NCBI GenBank assembly: GCA_047618765.1
Contig: JBLHLI010000002.1
Coordinates: forward strand, 1-33,905
DNA: 33,905 nucleotides
Direction: 5' to 3'
Source: Enterobacterales bacterium
GTDB taxonomy: Bacteria; Pseudomonadota; Gammaproteobacteria; Enterobacterales; GCA-2746155
Every line of letters begins with the position of its first letter. Within the stretch, counting starts at the first letter, position 1. This document shows, in pieces, positions 1-8,909 of the stretch. Both the position numbers and the translations under genes were made by a program. The notes beneath the pieces are model-generated. The model was given only the letters and a program-made list of their open reading frames with translations, was not told where the DNA came from and ran no database searches.

Positions 1-291
1 AAGCGGGGCTTTTTTGTTTGGCAGCAGAGGTCGGCGAGAATCGGCACGCTTTTAAGGGCGCGGGATTTTGAATCCTCTGTATATACTCATTACCTAGTGT
101 TACTCAATGTAGATCATAGTTACCTAAGGTTACTAAGCGGTTGATTTTATTGAATAATTTTAAAATATCACTTATTATTTAGTGATGGCTTAGTTACTCG
201 GGGATGCTCTAAGATTACCGAAGTTAATACACTTTGTATCCTATGTGTATCCTGACTAACTTTATTGAGCCATCAATATAGGGGTTAGAAT

Positions 292-849
292 ATGGGGAAT
301 ACAGTTAATCGCTTTAAGTTTAACAAGGCAAGTTTAGTGCTTATTGAAAAGCAGGTGGATAAAGGCGAGTTCACCAAAGAAATCTACATTTATGATGATT
401 CGAGTCATTTATCTATTTTAGTACGCCCTAATCGGTCTTATACGGAATGTACGTTCTGTATTTATGAGCGTATACGCATCCGTGGTCAAGCAAAAAGCCG
501 ATTATATAAACGACAAATCATGAAGGTAAGTGATGCGCGGAATACACGGCTATCGTTAACCACGCTTAGACAAAAAGCCGATAACCTATTTTTAGATATA
601 TTAGAGGGGCGAGATCCCCAATTGATTGCCCAGCAAGCCGTATTAACGGCTGAAAATGAGGAGCTGTTGGCGCAGGCCAAACAAACTATTGGTCAGATGA
701 TTTTCGGGCCTTTAGGCAAAGTGAATGGATCTCAGAAGCATACGGTTGGATTTATTACTGAAAGGGGGCCAAGTACTAGCAGGGTGCTTGAAAAGAATAC
801 TCTCCGTTTCAGGCCATCTGAGGCATGGATGCCGAAGCTGAGTGTATAG
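292..849 (+). pseudogene. Relic of a P4-type tyrosine integrase. Only the N-terminal arm-binding (DUF4102-like) part remains, and the frame runs into a MITE at 774.
   Basis: The stretch ...IYIYDDSSHLSILVRP...RLSLTTLRQKADNLFLDILEGRDP... matches the arm-binding N-domain pattern of P4-like integrases. No catalytic R..HxxR..Y domain follows. The last ~25 codons are MITE sequence. Confidence 0.5.
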
Positions 850-907
850 GGGCATATTCACAGCGCGACTGAAACGGAGTGTATTCTTTTCAAGTGACCC
901 GGTAGTA
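774..907 (+). mobile_element. MITE copy A. It is 134 bp with ~39-bp imperfect terminal inverted repeats and TA at both ends.
   Basis: Left end: TACTAGCAGGGTGCTTGAAAAGAATACTCTCCGTTTCAG. Reverse complement of the right end: TACTACCGGGTCACTTGAAAAGAATACACTCCGTTTCAG. A second copy lies inverted at 25161-25294, with about 8 substitutions by manual alignment. Confidence 0.75.
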
Positions 908-1170
908 AGTCTTATTTAAAGGATATAGAAGGGGTATGCAGGACGGTTTTTTTAGACATCTCATCGTAAAGTTGTTGTTTTCGATAAGCCCACGGATGAC
1001 GGTTTGCATGTTTTATTAAATTATTTTAGACATTTTTCTTTTCTCCAATATATGGAGGTGATTAACCAAGCAATACAGGAGACGAACCATTGTCGTAGTG
1101 ATTATAAAATACATCAGTCCTTTCTTAAATTACGCGGAATAAAAGTAACGATTAGCTCTATTTATAGCGC

Positions 1171-1203
1171 TTTAAGGCTGGCTTAAGTTACAAGGTTTAC
1201 ATT
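1171..1203 (+). promoter_or_regulatory. PmrA/BasR-type box plus -10, upstream of fumC-corA
   Basis: TTTAAG-gctgg-CTTAAG (1171-1187), then 10 nt, then TACATT (1198-1203). The site is 60 nt upstream of the fumC ATG. Confidence 0.5.
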
Positions 1204-1262
1204 AATTTGAAAATAGTAGCGGGAAGTTAGGCAGTAATACAGATCATTAAGAGCCACTCTCT

Positions 1263-2690
1263 ATGAAAAAAAGCAGTCTGCAAGATTTGCGTATAGAAAC
1301 CGATAGCCTCGGTGAGATTGACGTTCCTGAGAATCGCTATTGGGGCGCGCAGACGCAGCGTTCGCTTAATCACTTTGCTATTTCTCTAGAGCATTTTCGT
1401 TGGCGGCAGCCATTAATACGCGCATTGGGGATAGTGAAAAAAGCCGCTGCTCAAAGTAATTTATTATTAGGATTACTAACAGAAGATGTGGCTAACCCCA
1501 TAATCTTAGCCGCCAAAGAAGTGATTAACGGTGATTTATACGAGCACTTTCCATTGGGTGTATTCCAAACGGGTTCTGGCACACATACCAATATGAATCT
1601 GAATGAAGTCATCGCCAATCGCGCCAATGAATTGTTGGGTTATCCTCTCGGCGTAAAAATACCTGTTCACCCGAATGATCATGTCAACTTAGGGCAGTCA
1701 TCCAACGATGTGTTTCCTAGCGCCATGAATATTGCCGTATTGGAAACCTTAGAAAATCAATTGTTGCCTGCATTAATACAATTAAAGCAAAGCGTTACTA
1801 AAAAAGTGGAGGAATACCAACATGTTATAAAAGTAGGGCGCACGCATTTGCAGGATGCAGCACCGTTAACTCTGGGGCAGGAAATGTCCGGCTGGGCTGC
1901 CCAATTGGATTTTTCGCTAAATGCGATTAATCAGCATAAATGTAAAGCATATCCCTTGGCGATTGGAGGCACTGCCGTCGGTACTGGGTTAAATGCCCAC
2001 CCTCAATTTGCAGATAAAGTGGTTGAGTTAATAAAAATAGAAACATCGATACCGTTTACCAATAGTGAGAATAAATTTTTTTCCCTTTCCTGCCACGATC
2101 CTTTAGTTGAAATGTCAGCAGGCTTGAGAACCCTCGCAATGACCTTATTAAAAATTGCCAATGATATTCGCTGGCTAGCCAGTGGGCCACGTTGCGGTAT
2201 CGGAGAATTACTCTTGCCACAAAATGAACCGGGTTCATCCATTATGCCCGGAAAAGTGAATCCGACACAGTGTGAAGCCTTGAGCATGGTCTGCGTACAA
2301 GTATTTGGTAATGATGCCACGGTAGCATTTGCAAACAGTCAGGGCAGTTTTCAACTCAACACCTACAAACCCGTTATTGTGCATAACGTATTAGAAAGTA
2401 TCGAATTACTTGCAGATGCTATCACTAGTTTTGATCATTATTGCGTACAAGGCATATTACCGAATACAGCTCGCATACAAGATAATCTGAATAAGAATTT
2501 GATGTTGGCGACCGCTCTCAATTCTCATATTGGTTATGATAAGGCGGCAGAGGTTGCAAAACATGCTTGCCAAAAAAATCTCACATTAAAAACTGCTTGT
2601 ATCGATTTAGGTGCTGCGACAGAGGAGCAATTTGATCAATGGATGGATGTCAATGAAATGATTCACTCCAGTGAAAAGCCAACAAAATAA
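1263..2690 (+). CDS. fumC: Class II fumarate hydratase
   Basis: 475-aa ORF with [17 protein letters not shown] and the [18 protein letters not shown]-loop. The C-terminus is collinear with FumC rather than aspartase. Confidence 0.9.
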   Translation: MKKSSLQDLRIETDSLGEIDVPENRYWGAQTQRSLNHFAISLEHFRWRQPLIRALGIVKKAAAQSNLLLGLLTEDVANPIILAAKEVINGDLYEHFPLGVFQTGSGTHTNMNLNEVIANRANELLGYPLGVKIPVHPNDHVNLGQSSNDVFPSAMNIAVLETLENQLLPALIQLKQSVTKKVEEYQHVIKVGRTHLQDAAPLTLGQEMSGWAAQLDFSLNAINQHKCKAYPLAIGGTAVGTGLNAHPQFADKVVELIKIETSIPFTNSENKFFSLSCHDPLVEMSAGLRTLAMTLLKIANDIRWLASGPRCGIGELLLPQNEPGSSIMPGKVNPTQCEALSMVCVQVFGNDATVAFANSQGSFQLNTYKPVIVHNVLESIELLADAITSFDHYCVQGILPNTARIQDNLNKNLMLATALNSHIGYDKAAEVAKHACQKNLTLKTACIDLGAATEEQFDQWMDVNEMIHSSEKPTK

Positions 2691-2705
2691 TATCAGGTTT
2701 TATCT

Positions 2706-3773
2706 ATGAAATTATTTGCCAAACAGTATCACGCGCCAGGCACATTGCCAGGAACGCTCAATATTATCGAAGACGATCATATCAGTCTGACTCTGTTTGA
2801 TTATAACGAAAATCAATTGATCGAAAAACCAGACATTAGTGTGAAGGAATGCCGTAGTTTTATCGACGACACCAATACGACTTGGATTCATATTCAGGGA
2901 GCGCCAACATTGGCTATGCTCAATATGTTGTCGGGTAGTTTTGGTTTGCACGATCTTTATCTGGAGGACATTGTCAATGTTGGTCAACGCCCTAAGGTTG
3001 AAATCCTCGACAATCAAATATTTCTTATTTTGAGCCTACCGGTCGTCAATGAAAATGCCATTACTATGGAGCAGGTATCCCTGTTTTTAAGCGAGCGAAC
3101 GGTCATTTCATTTTGTACTGGCAGCGTAATCCCTTTTGAATTAGTTATCGAGCGTTTACGAAAATCCAAAGGAAAAATTCGTAAACGTCAGGCCGATTAT
3201 CTATTCTACACCTTGATCGATACCGTTATTGATCACGGTTATCCATTGCTCGAATATTTTTCAGAAAAAACACAGAGTTTGGAAGATGCTTTAATGGATT
3301 CTCCCGATCAATCGGTCATGCAGTCCATTCATCAATTACGTCGGGAACTGTTGTTGTCACGGCGCTGCTTATGGCCGCAGCGGGAATTAATTAATCAACT
3401 AATACGTAATGACGAAAATGTGTTGATCCATGAGAAAACAAACATTTATTTTCGAGATTGTTATGATCATATTATTACTGTGGTTGAATTCTTGGAAACC
3501 TATCACGAAATCAGCAATGGAATGTTAGAGGTTTATCTGTCCAATGTCAGTCATCGTCTTAATGAAGTCATGCGATTATTAACGGTTATTGCGACCTTGT
3601 TTATACCACCCACTTTTATAGTGGGCGTTTATGGAATGAATTTTGATCATAAGGTAAGCCCTTTGAATATGCCAGAATTGGGCTGGCCCTATGGGTATCT
3701 TTTTGTTTGGGGAATTATACTCAGCATGATGGCTGGCATGTTATTTTATTTTTATAAGAAGAAGTGGTTTTAG
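2706..3773 (+). CDS. corA: CorA-family Mg2+/Co2+ channel
   Basis: 355-aa ORF with two C-terminal TM helices and the YGMNF (GMN) signature. It starts 15 nt after the fumC stop, so it is probably co-transcribed. Confidence 0.9.
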   Translation: MKLFAKQYHAPGTLPGTLNIIEDDHISLTLFDYNENQLIEKPDISVKECRSFIDDTNTTWIHIQGAPTLAMLNMLSGSFGLHDLYLEDIVNVGQRPKVEILDNQIFLILSLPVVNENAITMEQVSLFLSERTVISFCTGSVIPFELVIERLRKSKGKIRKRQADYLFYTLIDTVIDHGYPLLEYFSEKTQSLEDALMDSPDQSVMQSIHQLRRELLLSRRCLWPQRELINQLIRNDENVLIHEKTNIYFRDCYDHIITVVEFLETYHEISNGMLEVYLSNVSHRLNEVMRLLTVIATLFIPPTFIVGVYGMNFDHKVSPLNMPELGWPYGYLFVWGIILSMMAGMLFYFYKKKWF

Positions 3774-4233
3774 TATGGGGGTTAAAGCCCTGAGCGAGAA
3801 AAATAACGTGATGTGATAGGGGCTGTAAGGGATTTAATAAGCTGCAAGGAGGTAGTGATACCAAAGGAAGCCACGACTTTTTATTGATAGTGTACTGATA
3901 CATATTGTGCGTCGGGGTCATTATCATAAACCCGTATTTTTTGACGATCAATATTATGTGACCTAGATACATTTTCTTAAGGTGGGTTGCAGTCACTATG
4001 GGATTGTAATTCATAGCTATTGTTTAATGGTTAACGGGAACACCAATCGGTAGTGAAAAATTTAAAGGAAAAGTTGAGGCGACATCGGAAAAAGACGTTG
4101 GTTTGGCAAGAAAATGGCCACCAAGAAATATTTTATAGTTCTGCTCCCTGTAAGGAATCGTGCTGGACGGCTCAATGCTGCGGTTATGCTTAAATCTAAG
4201 CAGTAATTTTCCCTATTTCTTCTTCTTATTATT

Positions 4234-5046
4234 ATGGTGAAAAATATGAAACCTATGTCTTCTGATCATAGTTATGCACGAATTAATGTTGTTGTATTAG
4301 GAAGAAGTTTCGATAAAAACTTAACCGACTCTGTGCTAGTAGAGGAGGGTGGCGCGATAAAGTATAGGGATGCATTCCAGCTTAAGCTTAAATCCGGTGA
4401 AGCTTGGTTGTTTGATTATGGCATTTTAGTTTGCTGGGATGTGACCGAGAGTGATCGCCAAAAATTGCGCGCTGATATATCTAGGCTGGTTATTGATTCA
4501 ATAGACGGCCAGGTTTCTGAGCAGTTTTCATTTGAGGTCAATACAGGAAAAGAATTTCGAATTCATAATGATCTCGTGGTGTTGCCTAATGACAATAAAA
4601 TGATTCGTTTAGCGCTAAGTCATGCTTTTGCGCAATCAAGCAAACTGTCCTTCTTTGAAGATAAGGCACAGACGGTTATTCAGCAGAATAGCCACTTATC
4701 AAAATTGTTGGCGAGCACAGGAAAAATTCCTTTATCTAAACTTAAGCTTGCGAAATTAAGAGGGGTGCTATTTGACACTAGCAGTGATATTAGCCTGCAT
4801 TTTAATTTGCTCGATACACCGGAGTTTTTTTGGAATTATCCTGAGTTAGAAGCGTATTATTTACCCTTATCTAAGTATTTGGATTTACAGCCACGAATAC
4901 AAATACTTAACCAAAAACTATCGACTATTCATGAGTTGCTCAATATGTTGGCAGCTGAGCAACACCACAAACATGCCGCGTTTTTGGAGTGGATTATCAT
5001 TGTATTGATCGCTATTGATATAGCGGTGTATTTTTTTCCGAAATAG
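4234..5046 (+). CDS. RMD1/DUF155 (YagE-type) family protein with a C-terminal TM helix
   Basis: 270-aa ORF with a soluble domain (...AWLFDYGILVCWDV...) followed by one hydrophobic C-terminal helix (WIIIVLIAIDIAVYFF). The family was assigned by recall, not by search. Confidence 0.55.
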   Translation: MVKNMKPMSSDHSYARINVVVLGRSFDKNLTDSVLVEEGGAIKYRDAFQLKLKSGEAWLFDYGILVCWDVTESDRQKLRADISRLVIDSIDGQVSEQFSFEVNTGKEFRIHNDLVVLPNDNKMIRLALSHAFAQSSKLSFFEDKAQTVIQQNSHLSKLLASTGKIPLSKLKLAKLRGVLFDTSSDISLHFNLLDTPEFFWNYPELEAYYLPLSKYLDLQPRIQILNQKLSTIHELLNMLAAEQHHKHAAFLEWIIIVLIAIDIAVYFFPK

Positions 5047-5302
5047 GGGGTCTATGAATTTACAAAAAGGAATAAAGGGTTAATTTTTTAGAATATAAAA
5101 AGTTAGATTTTTTGCATAAAAAGCTTGTGTATCGCTAAAAAAAGAATAAAATCCCGCCACTTCTTGAACATAGCCAATCCTAGTACATCGCTCACCGCGA
5201 CAAGGCAATAGAGTAACTATTCAAGAGTTGATTTTACTGATTAAGCGAGTATTTATGCCGCTAAAACCAGTGTTTTATTGACTTATTTTTTGCTCGGAGG
5301 TT

Positions 5303-6502
5303 ATGTTCTACATGATAACTATTGAATCTGCTAATCTATCTATATCTACCCATTCCCCATCGGAAAACGATTTAATTCATTCATTGGTCGCGCTACATGG
5401 CACGCCATTAATGATGCTAGATTGTAATATTATACGGCTACAGTATCAGGCTCTAGCCAATGCTTTGCCGAATGTTGAATTACATTTTGCTTTAAAACCA
5501 ATGCCACATGCTTCGGTTGTAAAAACCTTGCTAGATGAGGGGGCGAGCTTTGACTTGGCGACGAATGGTGAAATAGATCTAGTTAGAAGTGCAGGTGTTC
5601 CAGCCTATAAAACGATTCATTCTCATCCCATTAAGCGTGATTCTGATATTCGTTATGCCTTAGAATATGGTTGTAATGTTTTTGTTGTGGATAACGTGAA
5701 TGAACTAGAAAAATTTATACCCTATAAAGATGAAGTGGAAATTTTAATTCGGCTAAGCTTTAGAAATGTTGATGCGTATTCTGATTTGTCCAAAAAATTT
5801 GGTTGTAATCCTGAGCATGCAATTCCTTTAATTCGCCGCGCGATCTTATTGGGTATTCGGATTAAAGGTTTATCTTTTCATGTGGGTTCGCAAACCACAG
5901 ACCCCAATATTTATGTGCATGCAATTGATACCAGTAGAAAAGTATTTAAAGAGGTTGCTCAGCTCGGCTTGCCAGCGTTAAGCACCTTAGATATTGGCGG
6001 TGGCTTTCCTGTAGAGTATATGGATAGCGTGATGCCAATTGATAGTTTTTGTGCACCGCTAAGAGACGCCTTAAGTAAATTCCCTGAAACGGTTAAAATC
6101 ATTGCTGAACCCGGTCGCTTTATAGTTGCGCCTGCAGCGACATCTGTGGCATCTATTATGGGACAAGCGGAGCGTGACGGAAAAACTTGGTATTACCTTG
6201 ATGATGGTATTTATGGTTCTTTTGGTGGGATATTGTTTGACCACGGAAATTACCCTATTGATGCAATGAAGTGGCAGGGAGAGCGTTTTCCATCAGTTCT
6301 AGCAGGCCCTACTTGCGATAGTATCGATGTCATTTCTGAAGATATTTCCTTGCCTAAATTAATCAATGGTGACTTGATTATAGGTCGTGTGATGGGCGCT
6401 TATACCAGTGCGACAGCTACTGAATTTAATTTCTTTAAAAAAGCGGAAATTGTTATATTAAACGAAGCGTTAGCATTTGATACTGTATCTGATTTAGCAT
6501 GA
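5303..6502 (+). CDS. Fold-type III PLP-dependent ornithine/lysine (or DAP-like) decarboxylase
   Basis: Motifs HFALKP (PLP lysine), HVGSQ, GGGFP, EPGR and GPTCDS. GGAGG at 5296-5300 fits the in-frame ATG at 5312 better than the one at 5303. Confidence 0.85.
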   Translation: MFYMITIESANLSISTHSPSENDLIHSLVALHGTPLMMLDCNIIRLQYQALANALPNVELHFALKPMPHASVVKTLLDEGASFDLATNGEIDLVRSAGVPAYKTIHSHPIKRDSDIRYALEYGCNVFVVDNVNELEKFIPYKDEVEILIRLSFRNVDAYSDLSKKFGCNPEHAIPLIRRAILLGIRIKGLSFHVGSQTTDPNIYVHAIDTSRKVFKEVAQLGLPALSTLDIGGGFPVEYMDSVMPIDSFCAPLRDALSKFPETVKIIAEPGRFIVAPAATSVASIMGQAERDGKTWYYLDDGIYGSFGGILFDHGNYPIDAMKWQGERFPSVLAGPTCDSIDVISEDISLPKLINGDLIIGRVMGAYTSATATEFNFFKKAEIVILNEALAFDTVSDLA

Positions 6503-6514
6503 TTTATATTTTTT

Positions 6515-6544
6515 GGAGCAGCACTCGCTGCTCCATTGTTTTTA
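6515..6544 (+). terminator. Rho-independent terminator after the decarboxylase gene
   Basis: GGAGCAGC-actc-GCTGCTCC hairpin followed by ATTGTTTTT. Confidence 0.7.
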
Positions 6545-6994
6545 TATTTTTCACGTATTTCATCTATTTCTGCTAATTATATATTTATAAGTTAACACTA
6601 GGCATGACCTAATTCAGCTAAAAATTATGGTATTTTGTTCTACAATTTAATAAAAATGAACGGCCTATACTAGAAATGATAGGTATTAATCAGGAAGCTG
6701 ATCTGGAAGAATTAATGAGGTGAAGGTCATCGGATGACATACAATAAATTAAACATATGTTGTTAGGAAAATATAATGTATAAGTATAGTCATGGATTTA
6801 AATATAAGTTTTTGCATTTTATCGAAATGGTAACTTGTTAAAAAACCACTTAAAAAAATTAACGAAGAAATTTTCTAAAGTGGCTATATGCCAAACAATA
6901 AAGATTGGCAGCGTCGTTGCAGATTTTATCTTTTGGAATAACCCTTAGCTATTTACATAACATTGAGTTAGTGAACCGCTGAACAAGTCATGCG

Positions 6995-7234
6995 TTATTT
7001 TTTGCTATGGCTACCATCACACATGGGTTGTGATTCGGTCTGCTTGCAACCACAAAAATAGACCGTTTCGGTAGCATCGCTAACGTATCTTACGGGTAGA
7101 AATTGGGTTCCCGCATGTGAACCATCACAGAAAGGCTGTGCTTTACTTTGGCCACAAGCACACCAGTGATAAGTTTTTCCGGCCTCAACCTCTTCCGTAA
7201 AAGGTGAATTGGATACTCTAATAGCATGCTTCAT
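6995..7234 (-). CDS. CDGSH-type iron-sulfur domain protein (paralog 1)
   Basis: 79 aa with two C-x-C-x8-C-DGSH motifs (CACGQSKAQPFCDGSH, CGCKQTESQPMCDGSH). It is clearly paralogous along its whole length to the ORF at 8055-8294 (percent identity not computed). Confidence 0.85.
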   Translation of the reverse strand: MKHAIRVSNSPFTEEVEAGKTYHWCACGQSKAQPFCDGSHAGTQFLPVRYVSDATETVYFCGCKQTESQPMCDGSHSKK

Positions 7235-7274
7235 AATGTTATACCTTTATTTTTTAAATTTTGAATAGTTGATG

Positions 7275-7298
7275 AAAAAACCCCCGCATAAAGTGGGG
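7275..7298 (-). terminator. Hairpin plus T-run (minus strand) between the hsp20 relic and CDGSH-1
   Basis: AAAAAA-CCCCCGC-ataaa-GTGGGG on the plus strand. It is the diverged twin of the terminator at 8332-8354. Confidence 0.45.
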
Positions 7299-7310
7299 TG
7301 GTAGGCTAAA

Positions 7311-7390
7311 TTAAGCCGCTATTTCAATATTAATGCATTTCTTTCTTTTTCAAAATGGCGTTCATCTTCAATGGTCAATAGGGATTATTT
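7311..7390 (-). pseudogene. 3'-terminal relic of a second hsp20 copy
   Basis: ttaagccgctatttc... aligns with the 3' end of hsp20 (ttaagccgcaatttc... at 8366). It translates to ..LLTIEDERHFEKE.., compared with ..MLTVHLKKSEKE... Most of the gene is deleted. Confidence 0.4.
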
Positions 7391-7419
7391 TAATGAGGAA
7401 AACTTAAACGTTGCTTAAG
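7387..7419 (-). promoter_or_regulatory. PmrA-type box plus -10 kept by the hsp20 relic. It may now serve CDGSH-1.
   Basis: Minus strand: CTTAAG-caacg-TTTAAG, 10 nt, TAAAAT (7392-7387). Confidence 0.45.
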
Positions 7420-7459
7420 CTAAAAGGCCATAAAATTTTTTTGGAGTTATTTACTAATA

Positions 7460-7702
7460 GCGGGGGCATTATCCTGGCTATTAGTGCTCATGACTATTAT
7501 TGGCATAAGGCGCCCCTCTATTTGTATTATTTAATGCGGACATCACTATAGACTTTAACCCTATTCCTTAATTAATCACGCACCCAGTGACAGTGGGTGT
7601 TATTTTAGGTTTATTGGTAGGAAAATTTGTCGGTATTACAGATTTTTTTACCTGGCAATAAAATGGAATTTAATGTGGCGAAGTTATTAAAGGTTCTATT
7701 TA
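7460..7702 (+). pseudogene. nhaA: Relic of an nhaA Na+/H+ antiporter (C-terminal helices), with frameshifts and stops
   Basis: Fragments GAPLFVLFNADITID and HPVTVGVILGLLVGKFVGITDFF / LAIKWNL match the NhaA stretch IPLFALANAGVSL...[27 protein letters not shown]. They lie in different frames and are interrupted by stops. Confidence 0.55.
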
Positions 7703-7988
7703 AGCGTTGTTAGTATTCGCGAGTGGGTGCAGCCCTTTTAATAATCTACCAAGGACATCTGCTCCAGTATGGAACCTAACCCGATAATAATACTGATAAA
7801 GATTGAAATCTGCATCACCAAAAAGAGCGGCACGAATATACTCATTGGCATGCTTTTGATATAGGTTTTTTCTGCGTATCTTTATTTTTTTTCTGTGTAA
7901 TCGACCGGCGTTTCTTGCACAAACTAGACTCGTGCATTGATTTTACCCATTCGTCGGAACGACGTTGCCAGTCTTTATCGTTTGGCAT
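7700..7988 (-). pseudogene. Small gene of unknown function (~96 aa if repaired), broken by a frameshift in an A8 run
   Basis: The ATG at 7988 is preceded by AAGGAT. The frame stops after 48 codons. Removing one A from the A8 run (plus-strand T8 at 7885-7892) gives one ORF ending ...YIRAALFGDADFNLYQYYYRVRFHTGADVLGRLLKGLHPLANTNNA*. Confidence 0.4.
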
Positions 7989-8054
7989 TAATTTATCCTT
8001 CAGTTATTTAACGTTAACAACACAGTTGGATCAACCAACAATTTAGCTGGCTCA

Positions 8055-8294
8055 TTACCATTTATTATGACTACCATCACACATAGGAGCGTATGTAGAT
8101 TGTTTGCAGCCACAAAAATAAATCGTTTCCTTAGCATCGCTAATATATTCCATTGGTAGAGATTGAGTTCCCACATGTGAGCCATCACAGAAAGGTTGTT
8201 TTTGGCTTTGACCACAGGCACACCAGTGGTAAGTTTTTCCGGCTTCGACTTCTTCTGTAAAAGGTGAGTCGAATACGCTAGGGAAATTGTTCAT
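8055..8294 (-). CDS. CDGSH-type iron-sulfur domain protein (paralog 2)
   Basis: Two CDGSH motifs. The ATG at 8294 (MNNFPSVFDSPFTEE...) gives 79 aa, the same length as paralog 1 and collinear with it. The ORF-track start at 8345 would run into the hsp20 terminator. Confidence 0.85.
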   Translation of the reverse strand: MNNFPSVFDSPFTEEVEAGKTYHWCACGQSQKQPFCDGSHVGTQSLPMEYISDAKETIYFCGCKQSTYAPMCDGSHNKW

Positions 8295-8331
8295 TATTCT
8301 ATGCCTATTGATACTGCAATTAGCTGATAGT

Positions 8332-8354
8332 AAAAAGCCCCGCATAAAGCGGGG
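8332..8354 (-). terminator. Rho-independent terminator after hsp20
   Basis: Minus strand: CCCCGC-tttat-GCGGGG followed by CTTTTT. Confidence 0.6.
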
Positions 8355-8365
8355 AGGTCGGCTAA

Positions 8366-8815
8366 TTAAGCCGCAATTTCTACACGGATATTTTTAGGGG
8401 CTTCTTTTTCAGATTTTTTCAAATGAACAGTTAGCATGCCTTCTTTAAATTCCGCTTTAATATTCGCCTCTTTGATATTGTCGGGTAAGCTAAAGCTGCG
8501 AGTAAAATGGCCATAAAAACGCTCAATGCGATGAAATTTCTTGCCATCTTTACTTTCTTGTTCGAACCGTCGTTCACCATCAATAGTCAGCACACCATTG
8601 CTAATATTGACATTAACATCCTCTTTTTTAACTTCAGGTAACTCTGCTTTGATTAAAAATTCGTGATCTGACTCAATAATATCCACCGCGGGTGACCATT
8701 CAGTCGATGCTGGCTCTTGACGAGTGGCAATATTACGGTTTGATTGATGAAAACGAGGGTGGTAATGGAACATTTCTTCAATGTCTTTTAACGGTTTCCA
8801 AGTGGTTAGGTTCAT
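8366..8815 (-). CDS. Small heat-shock protein, Hsp20/alpha-crystallin family
   Basis: Alpha-crystallin domain (...FLIKAELPEVKKEDVNVNISNGVLTIDGER...FTRSFSLP...). The ATG at 8815 has GAGGA 9 nt upstream. The ORF-track start at 8866 is probably too long. Confidence 0.9.
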   Translation of the reverse strand: MNLTTWKPLKDIEEMFHYHPRFHQSNRNIATRQEPASTEWSPAVDIIESDHEFLIKAELPEVKKEDVNVNISNGVLTIDGERRFEQESKDGKKFHRIERFYGHFTRSFSLPDNIKEANIKAEFKEGMLTVHLKKSEKEAPKNIRVEIAA

Positions 8816-8876
8816 GGTTAACAGTCCTCTAAAAGTGTAAGGTTTAAGTGATTGGCTAATTGCCAAGTTGGACTAA

Positions 8877-8909
8877 ACTATAAGGCAGTAAGCTTAAACT
8901 TAACTTAAG
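8877..8909 (-). promoter_or_regulatory. PmrA-type box plus -10 upstream of hsp20
   Basis: Minus strand: CTTAAG-ttaag-TTTAAG, 10 nt, TATAGT (8882-8877). Confidence 0.55.

Noticed and set aside
1-90. Possible tRNA/tmRNA 3' end next to the integrase relic (GGGATTTTGAATCC resembles a T-arm/loop)
   Set aside because: I could not fold a 5-bp T-stem, an acceptor stem or a CCA-proximal end from the surrounding sequence. At best it is a degraded att remnant.
486-680. Antisense or nested ORFs from the six-frame track. Examples: 486-680, 2003-2320, 2712-3017, 9595-10163, 11250-11692, 12122-12343, 13346-13735, 14183-14437, 15334-15612, 16746-17197, 18934-19140, 21603-22617, 25572-26471, 27619-28211, 28267-29195, 29664-31352, 32230-32466 and 33160-33451.
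   Set aside because: Each lies wholly within, or opposite to, a longer ORF that has clear family motifs. Their sequences are low-complexity, Cys/Ser/Arg-rich shadows with no ribosome-binding sites.
1004-1186. 60-aa ORF between the integrase relic and fumC
   Set aside because: It has a non-ATG start, no SD and no recognisable motif, and its 3' end overlaps the fumC box promoter. It is probably non-coding island debris.
3721-4014. 97-aa minus-strand ORF in the corA-RMD1 spacer
   Set aside because: It overlaps the corA 3' end, its composition is not protein-like, and there is no SD. The 460-bp spacer remains unexplained, but I see no gene in it.
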